Shown here: positions 62,699 to 64,000 of the stretch, piece after piece
How the letters are laid out: each line of letters starts with the position of its first letter
Position numbering within the stretch: the stretch's first letter is position 1
The notes under the pieces: model-generated
The model's database searches: none
Seen by the model: the letters and a program-made list of their open reading frames with translations, nothing else
What the model was told of the DNA's origin: nothing
NCBI GenBank assembly: GCA_965224245.1
Contig: OZ245046.1
Coordinates: 1,664,001-1,728,000 of the forward strand
Length of the DNA stretch: 64,000 nt
Direction of reading: 5' to 3'
From: Candidatus Eiseniibacteriota bacterium
GTDB taxonomy: Bacteria > Eisenbacteria > RBG-16-71-46 > CAZAMP01
Program-made: the position numbers and the translations under genes

Positions 62699-63512
62699 CG
62701 ACGCCCGTGGACGCCGGGTCCGTCTTCAGCTCCAGTACCCTCAGGGCCGCTCCCAGCGCCCCGGTGATGATCGGCTCGGGCACCACCCGCGGCGACAGCC
62801 CCGTCAGCTCGCCGAGCGCCTTCATGACGCCCGGGAAGTACTCGGCCACGCCGCCCGAGATCACCAGGGGATCGCGGAAGCCGCCGATCTCGAACACGCG
62901 GGCCGCGATGGAGTGCACGCAGCCGAGCGCGATGTCCTCGCGGCTCGCTCCCTCGCGAAGCCGATCCAGCACCTCGGAGTTCGCGAAGACCGAGCAGTAG
63001 CTTCCGATCGCGGCCGGCTCGCGCGCGCTGGAGGCCAGCTCCTCGAGCCGCGTCGGGTGCACGTCGAGATGCCGCGCGGCGAACATCAGGAATGTCCCGA
63101 TGCCCAGTGCGCACTTGCGCACCGCACGGTTCGACACCGCGCGTCCTCGATCGTCGACCTCGATGACGGTGGGGTCGCGGCCGCCGATGTCGACCAGCGT
63201 CATCGGGTGTGAGAAGTGGTGAAAGGCGCCGCGGGCGTGGCAGTTCGACTCCCGGATGACGGTCGTCGCGCCGTCGACGCAGGAGGCCCCGAAGCCCGTG
63301 GCCGCGATCGACGACAGATCCCCGCGCCGGACTCCGGCCTCGTCGAGCGCGGCCGCCAGCGCCTCCTCCGCGCGGTCCTGAAAGTACCGGCGCGTGGGGA
63401 CGACGGCCCGCCCCACGAGCGCGTGGTCGTGGTCCATGACGATCGCCTTGACGCACTCGGTGCCGACATCGAGCCCCGCCACGAACATCGTGTCGCTCTT
63501 CATGGTCATCAC
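62694..63512 (-). CDS. Acyl-CoA dehydratase activase family ATPase, non-canonical motifs
   Basis: GLDVGT..VK, TGFG, E..CHARGA, DIGGRD (usually Q), KCALGIG (usually KCAAGTG), SYCSVFA, SGGVA. Confidence 0.85.
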   Translation of the reverse strand: MMTMKSDTMFVAGLDVGTECVKAIVMDHDHALVGRAVVPTRRYFQDRAEEALAAALDEAGVRRGDLSSIAATGFGASCVDGATTVIRESNCHARGAFHHFSHPMTLVDIGGRDPTVIEVDDRGRAVSNRAVRKCALGIGTFLMFAARHLDVHPTRLEELASSAREPAAIGSYCSVFANSEVLDRLREGASREDIALGCVHSIAARVFEIGGFRDPLVISGGVAEYFPGVMKALGELTGLSPRVVPEPIITGALGAALRVLELKTDPASTGVG

Positions 63513-63525
63513 ATCCCCCGGCCGG

Positions 63526-64000
63526 CTAGCAGCCGGCTCCTACCGATGGGCTCGACGACGCCTCGGCGATCGACTCCTGTTGATCGATGAAGTCCGCGAG
63601 CCGGGTCTGGATCTGATCCATCGAGATCAGTCGAAGATCGTGCGTATCCCCCTCCACGACGATGGATGGAAGCCCCGTCGCACGACTGAGACGAACCTCG
63701 AGGCCGTAGCGCACGTTGCTCTGCTCGGGAGAGGTCCGTCCGTCGTGGTAGAGGGCGGCATCCACCGCGAAGTCGCGGAACTGCGACGCGAGGAAGCCGG
63801 CCTTGTAGTCGTCCGAACGGTTCGGGAAGATCCGGGTGTAGGCGTGGGCCATGCTCTCCAGGGGGTTCGCGCCGTCGAGACCCTCGAGCGCGAAGATCCC
63901 GGTGTACGTGGCCGCCACCACGGCCGTCCGGTGCTCGAGAAACAGCTCGGCCAGCGGACGGAGCGCGCACCAGATGGGTGGACCTTCCCAGTAGAGCCGG
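63526..64000 (-). CDS. 2-hydroxyacyl-CoA dehydratase family subunit, C-terminal part (starts beyond the window)
   Basis: The frame is open to the window edge: RLYWEGPPIW...VVAATY...YHDGRTSPEQSN.RYG...VEGDTHDLR. Aligns with the 61375..62607 product. Confidence 0.85.
   Translation of the reverse strand, partial: RLYWEGPPIWCALRPLAELFLEHRTAVVAATYTGIFALEGLDGANPLESMAHAYTRIFPNRSDDYKAGFLASQFRDFAVDAALYHDGRTSPEQSNVRYGLEVRLSRATGLPSIVVEGDTHDLRLISMDQIQTRLADFIDQQESIAEASSSPSVGAGC

Noticed and set aside
60564-64000. Assigning bzdNOPQ, hgdABC or fldBCI gene symbols
   Set aside because: Family membership is clear, but orthology cannot be determined without phylogeny.

Overview
A gene-dense, very high-GC bacterial window with no rRNA, tRNA, CRISPR array or transposase that I can support. 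From left to right it holds: uvrC (5' part) and murJ; secreted proteins with two kinds of C-terminal tail (a FlgD-Ig/T9SS-CTD-like domain, and a short P-x4-5-[ST]WGx[IL][KR]xx[YF]G tag on three proteins); two membrane-fused spermidine-synthase-like genes; a MacA/ATPase/two-permease ABC exporter; a porin + cytochrome c'-cupredoxin fusion + sensor kinase module; a glycosylation/sulfatase-like envelope cluster; a stand-alone YopT/AvrPphB-like (C58) cysteine protease; two Ser/Thr kinase-TPR proteins; and a sigma54 activator flanked by two sigma54 promoters with matching upstream palindromes. From 49.2 kb to the end runs a minus-strand anaerobic benzoyl-CoA cluster: bcrCBAD, had, thiolase, HCDH-ECH, a CoA ligase, a GNAT, and a second set of two 2-hydroxyacyl-CoA-dehydratase-family subunits with two activases, one pair carrying non-canonical residues. 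The tails suggest an FCB-affiliated lineage such as Eisenbacteria, Krumholzibacteriota or Latescibacterota (inference only). All calls come from motif recognition by eye; no database search was run.
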